From NCBI GenBank assembly GCA_964291235.2, contig OZ219815.1, positions 480,001 to 544,000 of the forward strand: a DNA stretch of 64,000 bases, given 5' to 3'. The notes beneath the pieces are model-generated. The model had not been told where the DNA came from and did not search any database. It saw nothing but the letters and a program-made list of their open reading frames with translations. Source of the DNA: Vicinamibacteria bacterium. GTDB lineage: Bacteria; Acidobacteriota; Vicinamibacteria; Marinacidobacterales; Marinacidobacteraceae. Shown piece by piece: positions 35,527 to 45,963 of the stretch; position 1 is the first letter of the stretch, and every line of letters begins with the position of its first letter. Made by a program: the position numbers and the translations under genes.

Positions 35527-37830
35527 GTGACCGAGTCCCGCCCCCGCAGGTGGCTTTCCGCGGCTGGAGCGGCCGCCGTCGCGCTGCTCGCGGCCTGTTC
35601 CGGTCTTCCCGGCGGAGCCGACGCCATCCGCCCGCTGAACGTGGTGGTCGTCACCCTCGACACCCTGTCCGGGCGGCACCTGAGCCAGTACGGCAACCAG
35701 CGCATCGCAACCCCCGCGTTCGGCCGGGTCGCCGCCGAGGGAGTCCTCTTCGAGCAGGCGACGGCGACGGTCCCGCTCACCCTGCCCTCGCACACCTCCA
35801 TGTTCACCGGGACCTATCCCATGTTCCACGGGGTGCGCGACAACGGCGGGTACTACGTCCGCGAGGAGTCCGAGACCCTGGCCGAGGTGCTGGGCGGAGC
35901 CGGATACCGGACGGGAGCGTTCGTTGCAGCCTTCGTGGTGGACTCCCGCTGGGGTCTGGACCAGGGATTCGACCGCTATTTCGACGACTTCAACTTCCGC
36001 GAGTTCGAGCGCATCAGCCTCGACAGCGTGCAGCGCCCCGGAGACGAAGTCCTCGACGCGGCGCTCGCGTGGATGGCGGACGTGAAGGACGAACGGTTCT
36101 TTTCCTGGATCCACCTCTACGACCCGCACTGGCCCTACGAGGCCCCCGAGCCCTGGGCGTCCCGGGTGAGCGGCTACCCGGACGCCGCCTACGACGCGGA
36201 AGTCCTGTTCACGGACTCCCTGGTCGGCCGGCTCCTCGATTGGCTCGACGCAAACGCCCTCGCCGAGGACACCCTGCTGGTCCTGATCGGTGACCACGGC
36301 GAGAGCCTCGGCCGTCATCGCGAGGGCGCCCACGGGTTCTTCATCTACGACGCCGCGATGCAGGTGCCCTTCCTGCTGCGCGCCCCGTACCGGCAGATCG
36401 GGCGCGGGCTGCGCGTCCCGGCGCAAGTCCGGGGAATCGACCTGATGCCGACGGTGCTGGATCTGGTCGGCGTCCCCATTCCGGGTGTCGTTCAGGGCGC
36501 GAGCCTCACCCCCCTGGCGGACGGATCGCAGGCCGACCTGGGACTGTGGGCGTACTCGGAAAGCCTCTATCCCCGGAACCACTACGGCTGGTCCCCGTTG
36601 CACTCCCTCAGGAACGGCCTGCTTCACTTCATCTCGGCGCCGCGGCCGGAACTCTTCGAGGTACTCGACGATCCCGGCGAGACGACGAATCTCGCTCCCG
36701 ACCGGCCCGGGCAGGTGCGGCAACTCCAGGCGCGGCTCGACCGGATGGTCGTGGAACTGGGGAGAGAGGGCGCGGACGAGCAGGCGCCCGAAGAGCTGGA
36801 CGAGGAGACCCGGGCGCAACTGGCGGCCCTCGGGTATCTGGGCGGATCTTCCCGCGTCCGGGTGGACGAGGGCGCCCCGCTCGCCGATCCCAAGGACAAG
36901 ATCGTTCTCTACAACCTGCTGAAGGCGGCGGGCACCGACTCCACCGAGGACCGCATCGAGGACGCGATGGCCAAGGTGCGGCGCGTCCTGGACGAGGACC
37001 CCTGGATCCTCGAGGCTCACCTGATCCTCGGCAACCTTTTCGTAAAACGGGAGGATTGGGACGGGGCGATCGGGTCGTATCGCGAAGCGCTGGCGCTGGA
37101 CCCCGAATACAAGTCCGCGATCCTGGGGCTCGCCGACGCCTACCGGCTGGCGGCCCGCTACGACGAAGCCGCCGCCGGTTACCGGCGCCTGCTGGAACTG
37201 GACCCGAACGACAACAAGGCCTTCTACCACCTCGCCGAGATCCACGCCGCCAAGGAGGAGTACGGCGAGGCCCTGGAGGTGCTCGCCGGACTCGAGGCGA
37301 CCGGCGAGGAGCGGGCGCCGGCCCGCAACCTCAAGGGCCAGTGCCTGCTGAGCCTGGGTCGCCTCGACGAGGCCGAAGCCGAGCTGCGCCTCGCCCTGGA
37401 AATGGACGACCAGCTCTCCGACGCCTGGTACAACCTGGCGCTCCTGTTCGAGGAACGCGGCGACGGCTCGCGCGCCATCGAGGCGTACGAAACGCGTCTC
37501 GAGATGGCGCCGCGGGACTTCCGTTCCCACTTCAACGTGGCGAAGCTCTACGGAGCGATGGGAGACCCGGGACGGATGGAGGCATCGTTCCGGTCCGCCC
37601 TGGAACACAACTCCGAGTTCGCGGTCGGATATCTCTACCTGTCCAAGGTACTCCTGGACCGGGGTGAGCTGGAGGAGGCCGAGGAGGTCGCGCTTCGCGG
37701 CCTCGCCCTCGAGCCGGAGCCGGAGATGGCCCCGCTCGGGCACTTCGTGCTCGCCGATGTCTATAACCGCCAGGGCCGAGCCGCCGAAGCCGAACGCGAG
37801 ATACGGCGGGCGCAGTCCTACCGGCGGTAG
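35527..37830 (+). CDS. Sulfatase/alkaline-phosphatase-superfamily lipoprotein with C-terminal TPRs
   Basis: Lipobox LAAC, VTLDT, PLTLPSHTSMFTG, WIHLYDPH, GDHGESLG, L.ALGY, then multiple TPRs. Confidence 0.9.
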   Translation: MTESRPRRWLSAAGAAAVALLAACSGLPGGADAIRPLNVVVVTLDTLSGRHLSQYGNQRIATPAFGRVAAEGVLFEQATATVPLTLPSHTSMFTGTYPMFHGVRDNGGYYVREESETLAEVLGGAGYRTGAFVAAFVVDSRWGLDQGFDRYFDDFNFREFERISLDSVQRPGDEVLDAALAWMADVKDERFFSWIHLYDPHWPYEAPEPWASRVSGYPDAAYDAEVLFTDSLVGRLLDWLDANALAEDTLLVLIGDHGESLGRHREGAHGFFIYDAAMQVPFLLRAPYRQIGRGLRVPAQVRGIDLMPTVLDLVGVPIPGVVQGASLTPLADGSQADLGLWAYSESLYPRNHYGWSPLHSLRNGLLHFISAPRPELFEVLDDPGETTNLAPDRPGQVRQLQARLDRMVVELGREGADEQAPEELDEETRAQLAALGYLGGSSRVRVDEGAPLADPKDKIVLYNLLKAAGTDSTEDRIEDAMAKVRRVLDEDPWILEAHLILGNLFVKREDWDGAIGSYREALALDPEYKSAILGLADAYRLAARYDEAAAGYRRLLELDPNDNKAFYHLAEIHAAKEEYGEALEVLAGLEATGEERAPARNLKGQCLLSLGRLDEAEAELRLALEMDDQLSDAWYNLALLFEERGDGSRAIEAYETRLEMAPRDFRSHFNVAKLYGAMGDPGRMEASFRSALEHNSEFAVGYLYLSKVLLDRGELEEAEEVALRGLALEPEPEMAPLGHFVLADVYNRQGRAAEAEREIRRAQSYRR

Positions 37831-37864
37831 CCGTCAACCACGGGTTCACCCGAAGAGGATCACG

Positions 37865-38677
37865 GTGCGGTTCGACCTGGTTTCGGATGTCCATCAGGAC
37901 ATCGGCTGGCGCGACCTGCCGGTCCGTACCGGCGACTCCGAGACGCTGGTGATCGCCGGCGACGTGGGCAACCGGGTCGAGGTGACGGCGAACGCGGTAG
38001 CCGCCTTGGCCCGGGTCTATCGGGACGTCGTGTTCGTTGACGGCAACCACGAGTTCTATTCGTCGGGAGGCGAAATCGACGGGACGCGGAACCAGCTCCA
38101 GGAAGCGTTTCCCGCCAACGTCCACTATCTCGACCGCAAAGGGCCGTTTCGTCTGGGCAACACGGCTTTTGTTGGCGCAAACGGGTGGTACCAGTTCCAC
38201 GAGCCATCCTCCGGTTCGTTCCGGGTGCAGTCGGAGTGGTGGCGCTGGCGCTCCAACGACGCGCGGCTCGTCTTCCCGGGAGGCGACCCGCAGCAGGCGC
38301 TGGAACGGTGGAAGGAATCGAGGCGCACCCTGTTCCAGCAGTTCGAATGCGCCCGCGACGACGCGGCCGTCGAGCATGTCGTGGTCGTGACGCACTCGGT
38401 TCCCCACTCCGGCGGCCTTCGGGATGGCTACGAACCGGCGTCGAACGGCTCGTACTACAACGGGCTGTTCGAGGAGGCGAAGGAAACCGGCGGCGGACTC
38501 CTCGGCAAGACCCGGGTCTGGTGTTACGGGCATACCCACCATCCGGCGTTCTTCCGCGACCGGACATCCGGCGCGGATGTCTGGTTCGTCGCCAACCCGC
38601 GCGGCTACGGCCACGAGCGCCACAACCCGAGGCGCAACCGGACGGTTGAGGTGGACGTGGAGAACCCCGGCTACTGA
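37865..38677 (+). CDS. Calcineurin-like metallophosphoesterase
   Basis: SDVH, AGDVG, DGNHEFY, VTHSVP, YGHTH, NPRGY; GTG start at 37865. Confidence 0.85.
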   Translation: MRFDLVSDVHQDIGWRDLPVRTGDSETLVIAGDVGNRVEVTANAVAALARVYRDVVFVDGNHEFYSSGGEIDGTRNQLQEAFPANVHYLDRKGPFRLGNTAFVGANGWYQFHEPSSGSFRVQSEWWRWRSNDARLVFPGGDPQQALERWKESRRTLFQQFECARDDAAVEHVVVVTHSVPHSGGLRDGYEPASNGSYYNGLFEEAKETGGGLLGKTRVWCYGHTHHPAFFRDRTSGADVWFVANPRGYGHERHNPRRNRTVEVDVENPGY

Positions 38678-38706
38678 CTCCCGGGGACCCGTAACGCCGC
38701 TGTCGA

Positions 38707-38748
38707 TGCTCTCATTCCATGCAACGCAGGCATTGAGAGCGTTACAAT
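38707..38748 (+). promoter_or_regulatory. Probable FitA operator and -10 element
   Basis: TGCTCTCA-N19-TGAGAGCG inverted repeat, resembling the FitA-type TGCTATCA/TGATAGCA half-sites, followed by TACAAT. Confidence 0.55.
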
Positions 38749-38770
38749 CCGGCCGCGAAGGAGGACTCCG

Positions 38771-39031
38771 GTGGCCAGCCTTTCCATCCGCAACCTCGAC
38801 GAAACAACCAAGCAGCGGCTGCGCATCCGCGCCGCCGAGAAGGGGCGATCCATGGAGGCCGAGGCCCGCACGATCCTGACGGCCGCCGTGGATGCCACCC
38901 CGGACCCGGAAGAAAACCTCTACGGCGCGATCCGGCGGATCGTGGAGCCCCTCGGCGGAGTGGAACTCGAGCTCCCACCCCGTGAACCGATGCGGGATCC
39001 ACCGGACTTCAGCTCCGATGACGTCTCGTGA
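38771..39031 (+). CDS. FitA-like ribbon-helix-helix antitoxin
   Basis: MASLSIRNLDETTKQRLRIRAAEKGRSMEAEARTIL...GGVELELPPR; GAGGAGG RBS. Confidence 0.9.
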   Translation: MASLSIRNLDETTKQRLRIRAAEKGRSMEAEARTILTAAVDATPDPEENLYGAIRRIVEPLGGVELELPPREPMRDPPDFSSDDVS

Positions 39032-39449
39032 TCGTTGTCGATACCAACGTGATTTCCGAGTTGCTGCGTCCTCAGCCGGATTCGCGGGTGGCGGCGTGGA
39101 CCCAACTCCAACCGCGCGGCGGGCTCTACACAACTACGGTAAGTGAGGGCGAACTCCGGTACGGGATCGCCGCCTGCCGACTGGAAAACGACGTAACGAA
39201 CTGGTCGCGATGGCGGACGAATTCTTCAGCGCGGCGTTCATGGGACGCATTCTGACTTTCGATCGGGCTGCTGCCGTCGAGTTCGCCGAGATCGGCGCCC
39301 GACGCCGGAAAGCCGGGAATCCAATCACTCCTCTCGATTGCCAGATCGCTGCAATAGCGCGATCCAACGGCGCGACGATCGCCACCCGCAACACCACCGA
39401 CTTTCGGGATTGCGGGGTACGCATCATCAACCCCTGGGATGCCGCATGA
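39028..39449 (+). pseudogene. FitB/VapC PIN toxin with a 1-nt frameshift near 39170 (possibly a sequencing error)
   Basis: MIVVDTNVISELLRP...ELRYGIA continues in another frame as RLPTGKRRNEL...ILTFD...DCQIAAIA...ATRNTTDF...INPW. Adding one C (GCC CGC) restores the frame. Confidence 0.85.
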
Positions 39450-39539
39450 GGGCATCTGCCTGGGGGGAGCAAAAACATCGGGAAGGCCTGCCGCTACCGC
39501 GATTCGGTGGATGGCATCCGAACCACAGGAGCAAGAACA

Positions 39540-41663
39540 ATGACCAAACGGACTCTGCCAGCCGCCGGAGCGGCCTTGGTCCTCGCCGCCGGGTGCGGTG
39601 GGGCGCCTGAACCGGAAATGAGCGAGAACCCCTTCTTCAACGAGAGCACCCTGCCCTACGGGCTACCCCACTTCGACCTCATCGACGACAGCCACTACCG
39701 AGCCGCCTTCGAGCGCGGCATGGCCGAGCAGATCGAAGAGGTGGAGGCGATCGCCGCCTCCCCGGAGTCGGCCACCCTCGAGAACACCCTGGTCGCCATA
39801 GAGCGGTCGGGACGCCTTCTCGACCGCGTGGCGCGGGTCTTCTTCAGCTTGTCGTCCGCCGACACCAACGACGAGATCAACGCCATCCGCGCCGAGATGG
39901 CGCCCAAGCTGGCGGCGCACTCGGACCAGATCCTGCTGAACGCCGATCTGTTCGCCCGCGTGGAGTCGCTCTACGCGGCCCGCAACGAATCGGGCCTCTC
40001 ACCCGAGGAAGTGCGTCTCGTGGAGCAGTACCGGCGCGACTTCGCCCGCGCCGGCGCACTGCTTTCCGAACCCGAGAAGCAGCGGATGCGGGAGATCAAC
40101 GCCGAACTCGCTTCCCTCTCGGCGGCCTTCAGCGAGAACACCCTCGACGAGGTGAATGCCTCGGCGGTGGTTGTGGATTCCGCCGAGGAGCTTGCCGGGC
40201 TGTCCGAGGGAGAGATCGCCGCGGCGGCCGAGGCGGCGAAGGCGCGCGATCTCGAAGGCAAGTACGTGATTGCCCTCCTGAACACGAGTGGCCAACCGGC
40301 GCTGTCCTCGCTCGAGGACCGGGGGCTTCGCGAGCGGATTGCGAAGACGTCGCTCGCGCGGGGCAGCCGCGGCGGGGAACACGACAACCGGGAAGTGGTC
40401 GTGCAGATCGCTGCCCTCCGCGCCGAGCGCGCCGCGCTCCTCGGATACCCCCACCACGCGGCCTTCGTGCTGGAGGAGCAGACGGCGCAGACCATCGACG
40501 CGGTGAACGGCCGCCTGTCCGGGCTCACCCCGAGGGCGGTGGCGAACGCGCGGCGCGAAGCCGACGATCTGGCGGAACTCGCCCGCTCCGAGGGCGACGA
40601 CATCGAGGTCGCCGCCTGGGACTGGTCCTACTACACCGAGAAACTGCGAGCCGAGCGGTTTTCGTTCGATGCCTCGCAACTCAAGCCCTACTTCGAGATG
40701 GACGGGGTGTTGGTGAACGGGGTCTTCTTCGCCGCGAACCAGCTCTTCGGCCTGCGCTTCGAAGAGCGGCCCGAGCTACCGGTCTATCACCCCGACGTGC
40801 GGATCTGGGAGGTCTTCGAGGAGGACGGGTCACCCCTCGGCCTCTTCATCGGCGACTTCTACGCGCGGCCTTCCAAGCGGGGCGGCGCCTGGATGAACGC
40901 CTACGTCTCGCAGTCCGGCCTTCTCGGAACGCAGCCGGTGGTCGCCAACCACCTGAACGTCCCCAAGCCTCCGGAAGGCGAACCCACCCTGCTGACCTTC
41001 GATGAGGTCATCACCATGTTCCACGAGTTCGGGCACGCGCTGCACGGCCTCTTCTCGAACGTGCGCTACCCCTACTTCTCCGGCACCTCGGTGCCCCGCG
41101 ATTTCGTGGAGTACCCCTCACAGGTGAACGAGATGTGGGCCACCTGGCCGGAGGTGCTCAGGAACTACGCGGTCCACTACGAGACCGGAGAGCCGATCCC
41201 GGGGGACCTGCTCGACCGGGTGCTCTCGGCGCGCACCTTCAACCAGGGATTCGCCACCACCGAGTATCTGGCCGCGACGTTGCTCGACCTGGCCTGGCAT
41301 CAACTCGGGGTGGGCGAGACCCCCGCTGCCGATGGCGTCCTCGCCTTCGAGGAGGCGGCGCTCGAAGCGGCGGGCGTGGCCTTCGCTCCGGTGCCGCCCC
41401 GCTACCGGACCACCTACTTCTCCCACATCTGGAGCAGCGGCTACTCGGCCGGCTACTACTCCTACATCTGGAGCGAGGTGCTGGACGCCGATTCAGTGGA
41501 GTGGTTCCGGGAGAACGACGGACTGAAGCGCGAAAACGGCGACCACTTCCGCGCGACCCTGCTCTCGAAAGGGGGCAGCATCGAGGCGATGGACCTCTTC
41601 CGGACCTTCCGCGGCCGGGACGCCGAGGTGGAGCCCCTGCTCCGGCGGCGCGGGCTGAACTGA
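39540..41663 (+). CDS. dcp: M3 family peptidyl-dipeptidase (lipoprotein)
   Basis: NPFFNESTLPYGLP, RPSKRGGAWM, TMFHEFGHALH, PRDFVEYPSQVNE, GYSAGYYSYIWSEVLDAD; lipobox AAGC. Confidence 0.92.
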   Translation: MTKRTLPAAGAALVLAAGCGGAPEPEMSENPFFNESTLPYGLPHFDLIDDSHYRAAFERGMAEQIEEVEAIAASPESATLENTLVAIERSGRLLDRVARVFFSLSSADTNDEINAIRAEMAPKLAAHSDQILLNADLFARVESLYAARNESGLSPEEVRLVEQYRRDFARAGALLSEPEKQRMREINAELASLSAAFSENTLDEVNASAVVVDSAEELAGLSEGEIAAAAEAAKARDLEGKYVIALLNTSGQPALSSLEDRGLRERIAKTSLARGSRGGEHDNREVVVQIAALRAERAALLGYPHHAAFVLEEQTAQTIDAVNGRLSGLTPRAVANARREADDLAELARSEGDDIEVAAWDWSYYTEKLRAERFSFDASQLKPYFEMDGVLVNGVFFAANQLFGLRFEERPELPVYHPDVRIWEVFEEDGSPLGLFIGDFYARPSKRGGAWMNAYVSQSGLLGTQPVVANHLNVPKPPEGEPTLLTFDEVITMFHEFGHALHGLFSNVRYPYFSGTSVPRDFVEYPSQVNEMWATWPEVLRNYAVHYETGEPIPGDLLDRVLSARTFNQGFATTEYLAATLLDLAWHQLGVGETPAADGVLAFEEAALEAAGVAFAPVPPRYRTTYFSHIWSSGYSAGYYSYIWSEVLDADSVEWFRENDGLKRENGDHFRATLLSKGGSIEAMDLFRTFRGRDAEVEPLLRRRGLN

Positions 41664-41738
41664 GCCGGGGAGCGACGGGAACGCCGGTCGAACTCTCCGA
41701 CCGCATTGCCGAAAGGTTGGCTGGACTCTCCGCGGCGT

Positions 41739-42728
41739 TCACCGGGGCGACTTCGCGCCCGGCACGGTGACGACCACTTTTCCTCTCACGCGACCCGCCT
41801 CCCAGTGCTGGATCGCCTGCGGGAGTCGGCTCAGGGGATAGGTGCTGTCTATGACGGGCCTTAGCTTGCCGGATTCCATCAGCTCCCCGAGAAGCGACAG
41901 GTCCTCGCTGTTGACGCGCGCCACGAAGAAGCGAAGGCGGTGCCGCACCACCGGTTTCGACGCGATCACCTTCAGGGTCGGGATCAGCGGTCCGAGCAGG
42001 CGGCCCCCGCGTGGCGCGCCGACCAGTACGTAGGCGCCCGCCGGCTTGAGCAGTCGCCGGCACGCGGAAAGGGGCCAGGTCGCGCGAATATCGACCATAA
42101 GGTCGAAACCCCGCTCGCCGGGGGCGAAGTCGTCCCGCGTGTAGTCGACCACTTGATCGGCCCCGACCGATCGGACGAGGTCGGCCGACGCGGCACTGCA
42201 GACGCCCGTGACCTCCGCGCCGAACGACTTGGCGAGCTGGACGGCGAACGAGCCAACGCCACCGGCGGCGCCCGTAATCAGTACTCGGTGCCCAGCTTGC
42301 AGACGCCCCTGATCGCGGAGTGCCTGGAGAGCGCTCAGACCCGCGACCGGAACGGCCGCCGCCTCCTCGAAGGTGACGCTCGCCGGCTTTGCCGAGAGGC
42401 TCTTTTCGTCGGCGCACGCGTACTCCGCGAAGGCCCCCCGGCACGCACCGAAGACGGAATCCCCGGGCCGGAACCGCGTGACCTTCGTGCCGACCGACTC
42501 GACTTCTCCGGCCACGTCGTTGCCCGGCACTTTCTCCCGCGGCGCCCGAATTCCGAAGCCAATCCGCAGCAGGTACGGGAGACCCGTCATCATGTACCAG
42601 TCCCCCGCATTGAAGGACGCGGCGCGCACGCGGAGACGGACCTGCGATTCGCCGAACGCCGGCTTTTGGATGTCTCGCAGTTCGAGGACGCGCGCCGGTC
42701 CGTAGGAGTCCTGAACGATCGCCCGCAT
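41739..42728 (-). CDS. NAD(P)-dependent alcohol dehydrogenase / quinone-reductase-like MDR protein
   Basis: MRAIVQDSYG, VPGNDVAGEV, GAFAEY, GAAGGVGSFAVQLAK, PVIDSTYPL, GKVVV. Confidence 0.88.
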   Translation of the reverse strand: MRAIVQDSYGPARVLELRDIQKPAFGESQVRLRVRAASFNAGDWYMMTGLPYLLRIGFGIRAPREKVPGNDVAGEVESVGTKVTRFRPGDSVFGACRGAFAEYACADEKSLSAKPASVTFEEAAAVPVAGLSALQALRDQGRLQAGHRVLITGAAGGVGSFAVQLAKSFGAEVTGVCSAASADLVRSVGADQVVDYTRDDFAPGERGFDLMVDIRATWPLSACRRLLKPAGAYVLVGAPRGGRLLGPLIPTLKVIASKPVVRHRLRFFVARVNSEDLSLLGELMESGKLRPVIDSTYPLSRLPQAIQHWEAGRVRGKVVVTVPGAKSPR

Positions 42729-42788
42729 CAGATCCGCAGTCCCGGACGGCACTCCCGGCGGCGATCCGGTGGAGCGGGGCAGGCTGCC

Positions 42789-43985
42789 CTACTGTTCGCG
42801 GAGGGCCCCAATCACGCTGCGGCGGGCGGCGCCCACCGCCGGCAGGAAGCCCCCGATGGCCCCGATGATCAGGGCCAGGACGATCCCCTGCACCAGGAGT
42901 TGCGGGGTCACCTCGAAGGCAAAGGCCACCTGGCTGAAGGAAGCCCAGTTGATCGTCGCCGCCCGGAACCCGTCGAAGAGGAGCCAGGAGGCCGCCCCGC
43001 CGGCCGCCGCACCGATCAGCCCGAAGACGAGCGACTCGATCATCACCGAGAGCACGATCGGCAACCGGGAGAATCCAAGGGCGCGCAGGGTCGCGATCTC
43101 ACGCGAGCGGGAGGACACCGCCGCGTACATGGTGTTGAGCGCCGCGAACACGGCGCCGGCCGACATCATGACGACGATGATCCAGCCGACCACCGAGATG
43201 AACGTCTCGATCGGAGCGGACTGGGCGGCCATGTAGGTGGTCTGACGCTGGGCGCCCAGGCTCACCCGCGGATCATCGGCCAGCGCCTGTTCGAACTCGT
43301 CGAACATCCCGGCGTCCGTCAGGCGGACGAGGGCGACGTTCCAGGAGTTGCCGCGCTGGTACATCTGCTGGAGGATGCGGTTGTCGGTCCAGATCTCCGA
43401 CTCGGCGACGCCGCCGCCGGCCGTGAACCTGCCAACGACCTCCCAGGAGGCCCGGCCCACGTCGATCCGGTCCCCGACGAGCAAGCCCTCGAAGGCGCCG
43501 GCCGCCCCGTCGCCCACGATGACCTCGTTCCGTCCCGGCTCGAAGTTCCGGCCCTCCACGATTTCGAACTGGTCGCGCAGCGTGAAGGCCGCGGCTTCCA
43601 CACCCCGGAGCGGGACGTTCGCGTCGGTTCCCGCGCCCATCTTCTTCCGGTCGATGATCACGAACAGTTCCGGAGAGACGAGGGCGCCGTCGGGCCCCCG
43701 CGCCACCCCGGGGGCCTCCCAAAGGAGCTGGATGTCCTGGTGGTTCAGGATGCTGGCGGACTCGCCGGTGGAGCCCGAACGGAGCACTACCGCCACGTCG
43801 TCGCGCGCCTGCCCGGTCACCACCGACCTGAATCCGGCCGCCATCGAGAGCACGGCGACCAGGACCCCTACGACTCCGGCGATACCGAAGATCGCGACCG
43901 CCGAGACGGCGCGCCGCTCCCAGATGGTTTCCAGGTTGTAGCGGGTGACGGCCTGGCACTGCCGCAGGAGGGATCCTACGCCCAT
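42789..43985 (-). CDS. MacB/FtsX-like ABC permease
   Basis: GIAGVVGVLV..LSM..GF, EGRNFEPGRNEVIVG, ALNTMYAAV..R.REIATLRALGF. Confidence 0.9.
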   Translation of the reverse strand: MGVGSLLRQCQAVTRYNLETIWERRAVSAVAIFGIAGVVGVLVAVLSMAAGFRSVVTGQARDDVAVVLRSGSTGESASILNHQDIQLLWEAPGVARGPDGALVSPELFVIIDRKKMGAGTDANVPLRGVEAAAFTLRDQFEIVEGRNFEPGRNEVIVGDGAAGAFEGLLVGDRIDVGRASWEVVGRFTAGGGVAESEIWTDNRILQQMYQRGNSWNVALVRLTDAGMFDEFEQALADDPRVSLGAQRQTTYMAAQSAPIETFISVVGWIIVVMMSAGAVFAALNTMYAAVSSRSREIATLRALGFSRLPIVLSVMIESLVFGLIGAAAGGAASWLLFDGFRAATINWASFSQVAFAFEVTPQLLVQGIVLALIIGAIGGFLPAVGAARRSVIGALREQ

Positions 43986-43997
43986 GTTCCCTACTCC

Positions 43998-45160
43998 CTA
44001 CAAGCGCCGCAGCGCGAGCGCCGTCTCGAGACGCATCGCCCGCCGCGCGGGAAAGATCCCGACGATCAGGCCGGTGACCACCGCCAGACCCAGCCCGAGG
44101 AGAAGGTCCTGAGGCCGCAGGAAGAGACCGGGGAAATAGGCGGCGAGCGCCGGGCGGAGAACCCTCTCGAGCCCCACGGCAAGCACCATGCCCAGGAACC
44201 CGGCGGTGGTGACCAGGGTCACCGATTCCATGAGAACGAGCCGCTGCACGCGGGTGGCGGTGAACCCGAGCGCCTTCAGCAACCCGATCTCGCCGATCCG
44301 TTCGCGCACGGACTGGGCCATCGTGTTCCCCGCCACCAGCAGGATGGTGAAAAAGACCGCGCCCAGGATCGAGGTCACAATCAGCCCCAGGTTGCCGACC
44401 TGGTTGGCGAATCCGGCGGCGAAGGCGCCTTCGGACTCGCTCTTGGTCTCGGCCGCCGAGTTCCGGAACGTGTCGTCGATCGCGGCGGCGATCTTCGGGC
44501 GGCCCGGTCGGGATCGGCAATTCGGACCGCGAACCAGCCGATCTGTCCCGCGGCCGAACGAGCGCGCCTCGTCGAAGAAGTCGTAGCGGAACAGGAATTG
44601 GGTCTCGTCGAAGCCTTCGACGTCGCTCTCGTAGATGCCGACCAGCTCGAACTCCCAGGCCTCGTCGCCCCGCCCCTGCTGCTGCCAGATGGTGGGCTGG
44701 AGCGGAATCCGGTCGCCAACCTCCAGCCGAACCGCTCAGCCAGCGCCCGGCCGACGATGGCGCCGTTTCGGGTCTCGATCCAGCGAAGCTTCGCCTCCTC
44801 CGGCACCAGGACCTCCGGATACATGTCGAGGTACTCCGCGGGCTCCACCGGAGACTGCATGAAGAAGTTGGCGGGATCCTGGTACACGCCGCCGAACCAG
44901 GTGAAGTGCACGGCGTCCACGACGCCCGGCACCTCCTCCATGTCCGCCTCGTAAGACTGGGGAAGGAGCTGGAACAGGGACACCTTGTGGCGGACCACCA
45001 GCCGGTCCTCGTTGGCGATATCCACCCCCATCGAGAAGGCGGTCTGCAGCATCGACAGGACCCCGAAGATGAGAAACGCGAAGACCACCGAGGAAAAGGT
45101 CAGGAACGTGCGCGTCTTCTTGCGGCGGAGCGCCGCGCTGATCAGGGTGAAGGAACTCAT
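43998..45160 (-). pseudogene. MacB/FtsX-like ABC permease broken by several small indels (~44490-44725), probably assembly errors
   Basis: N-terminus LRRKKTRTFLT...HFTWFGGVYQDP and C-terminus AGNTMAQSVRERIGEIGLLKALGF lie in different frames. Conserved segments (FDEARSFG, QIGWFAVRIADP, IAAAIDDTFRNS) switch frame repeatedly. Confidence 0.8.
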
Positions 45161-45942
45161 ACGGCCGCCCCCGCCGGCTCGTGGGCGGGCAGCACGATCG
45201 TGCCGTCGTGTCCACAGTCGGCCAGCTGGCCGTCCACCAGATGGAGAATCCGGGACGCGCGCTCGGCCGCCTCCGGGTCGTGGGTCACCATCAGGATCGT
45301 CTTCCCCTGGTCGCGGTTCAGCGCCACCAGAAGATCCAGAATCTCGCCGCTCGTCGCCCGGTCGAGATCCCCGGTCGGCTCGTCGCAGACGAGGAGCACG
45401 GGATCGTTCACCAGGGCGCGGGCGATGCCGACCCGCTGCTGTTCGCCGCCCGAAAGCTCCCGGGGACGATGCTTGCCCCGCTCGGAAAGGCCGACGATCT
45501 CGAGGGCGATCTCGACGCGGCGGCGGCGCTCGCGCGCCGAGAACGAGGTCAGCAGCAGCGGTACCGCGACGTTCCGTTCGGCGTTCAGCGCCCCGAGGAG
45601 GTTCGAGAATTGGAAGACGAAGCCGATGTTGCGGGCCCGCCAGCCGGCGAGCTTCCGCTCGGAAAGGCGGTGGATCGGCGAACCGCCGACGATCACTTCA
45701 CCGCCCGTCGGCCGGTCAAGCCCGGCGATCAGGTTCAGCAGGGTGGACTTTCCGGAACCCGACGGCCCCATGAGGGCCAGGAAATCGCCCTGCTCCATGC
45801 GGAGGCTGAGTCCCCGCAGCACCGGAACCGGCGTCCGCCCCCGGCGGAAGGTCCGGGTGGCGTTCCGCACGTCCACCATGGCTTCGGCCGGCGCCTCGGC
45901 GCCGTGGCCACCCTGCGGTTCAGAAAGTTCTCTTTCGCTCAT
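45157..45942 (-). CDS. ABC transporter ATP-binding protein (LolD/MacB-like)
   Basis: GPSGSGKST, LSGGEQQRV, CDEPTGDLD, MVTHD. Confidence 0.93.
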   Translation of the reverse strand: MSERELSEPQGGHGAEAPAEAMVDVRNATRTFRRGRTPVPVLRGLSLRMEQGDFLALMGPSGSGKSTLLNLIAGLDRPTGGEVIVGGSPIHRLSERKLAGWRARNIGFVFQFSNLLGALNAERNVAVPLLLTSFSARERRRRVEIALEIVGLSERGKHRPRELSGGEQQRVGIARALVNDPVLLVCDEPTGDLDRATSGEILDLLVALNRDQGKTILMVTHDPEAAERASRILHLVDGQLADCGHDGTIVLPAHEPAGAAV

Positions 45943-45963
45943 CGGATTGCCTCCCTCCCCGAC

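Noticed and set aside
41677-41740. Degenerate REP-like dyad between dcp and the MDR gene (another partial one near 20554)
   Set aside because: Similarity to the main REP arm is too weak to call. It may be just a terminator hairpin.
43998-45160. Programmed frameshifting or true pseudogenisation of the ABC permease
   Set aside because: There are several clustered small indels, mostly at short homopolymers, with otherwise conserved sequence and no slippery heptamer. This fits local consensus error better.
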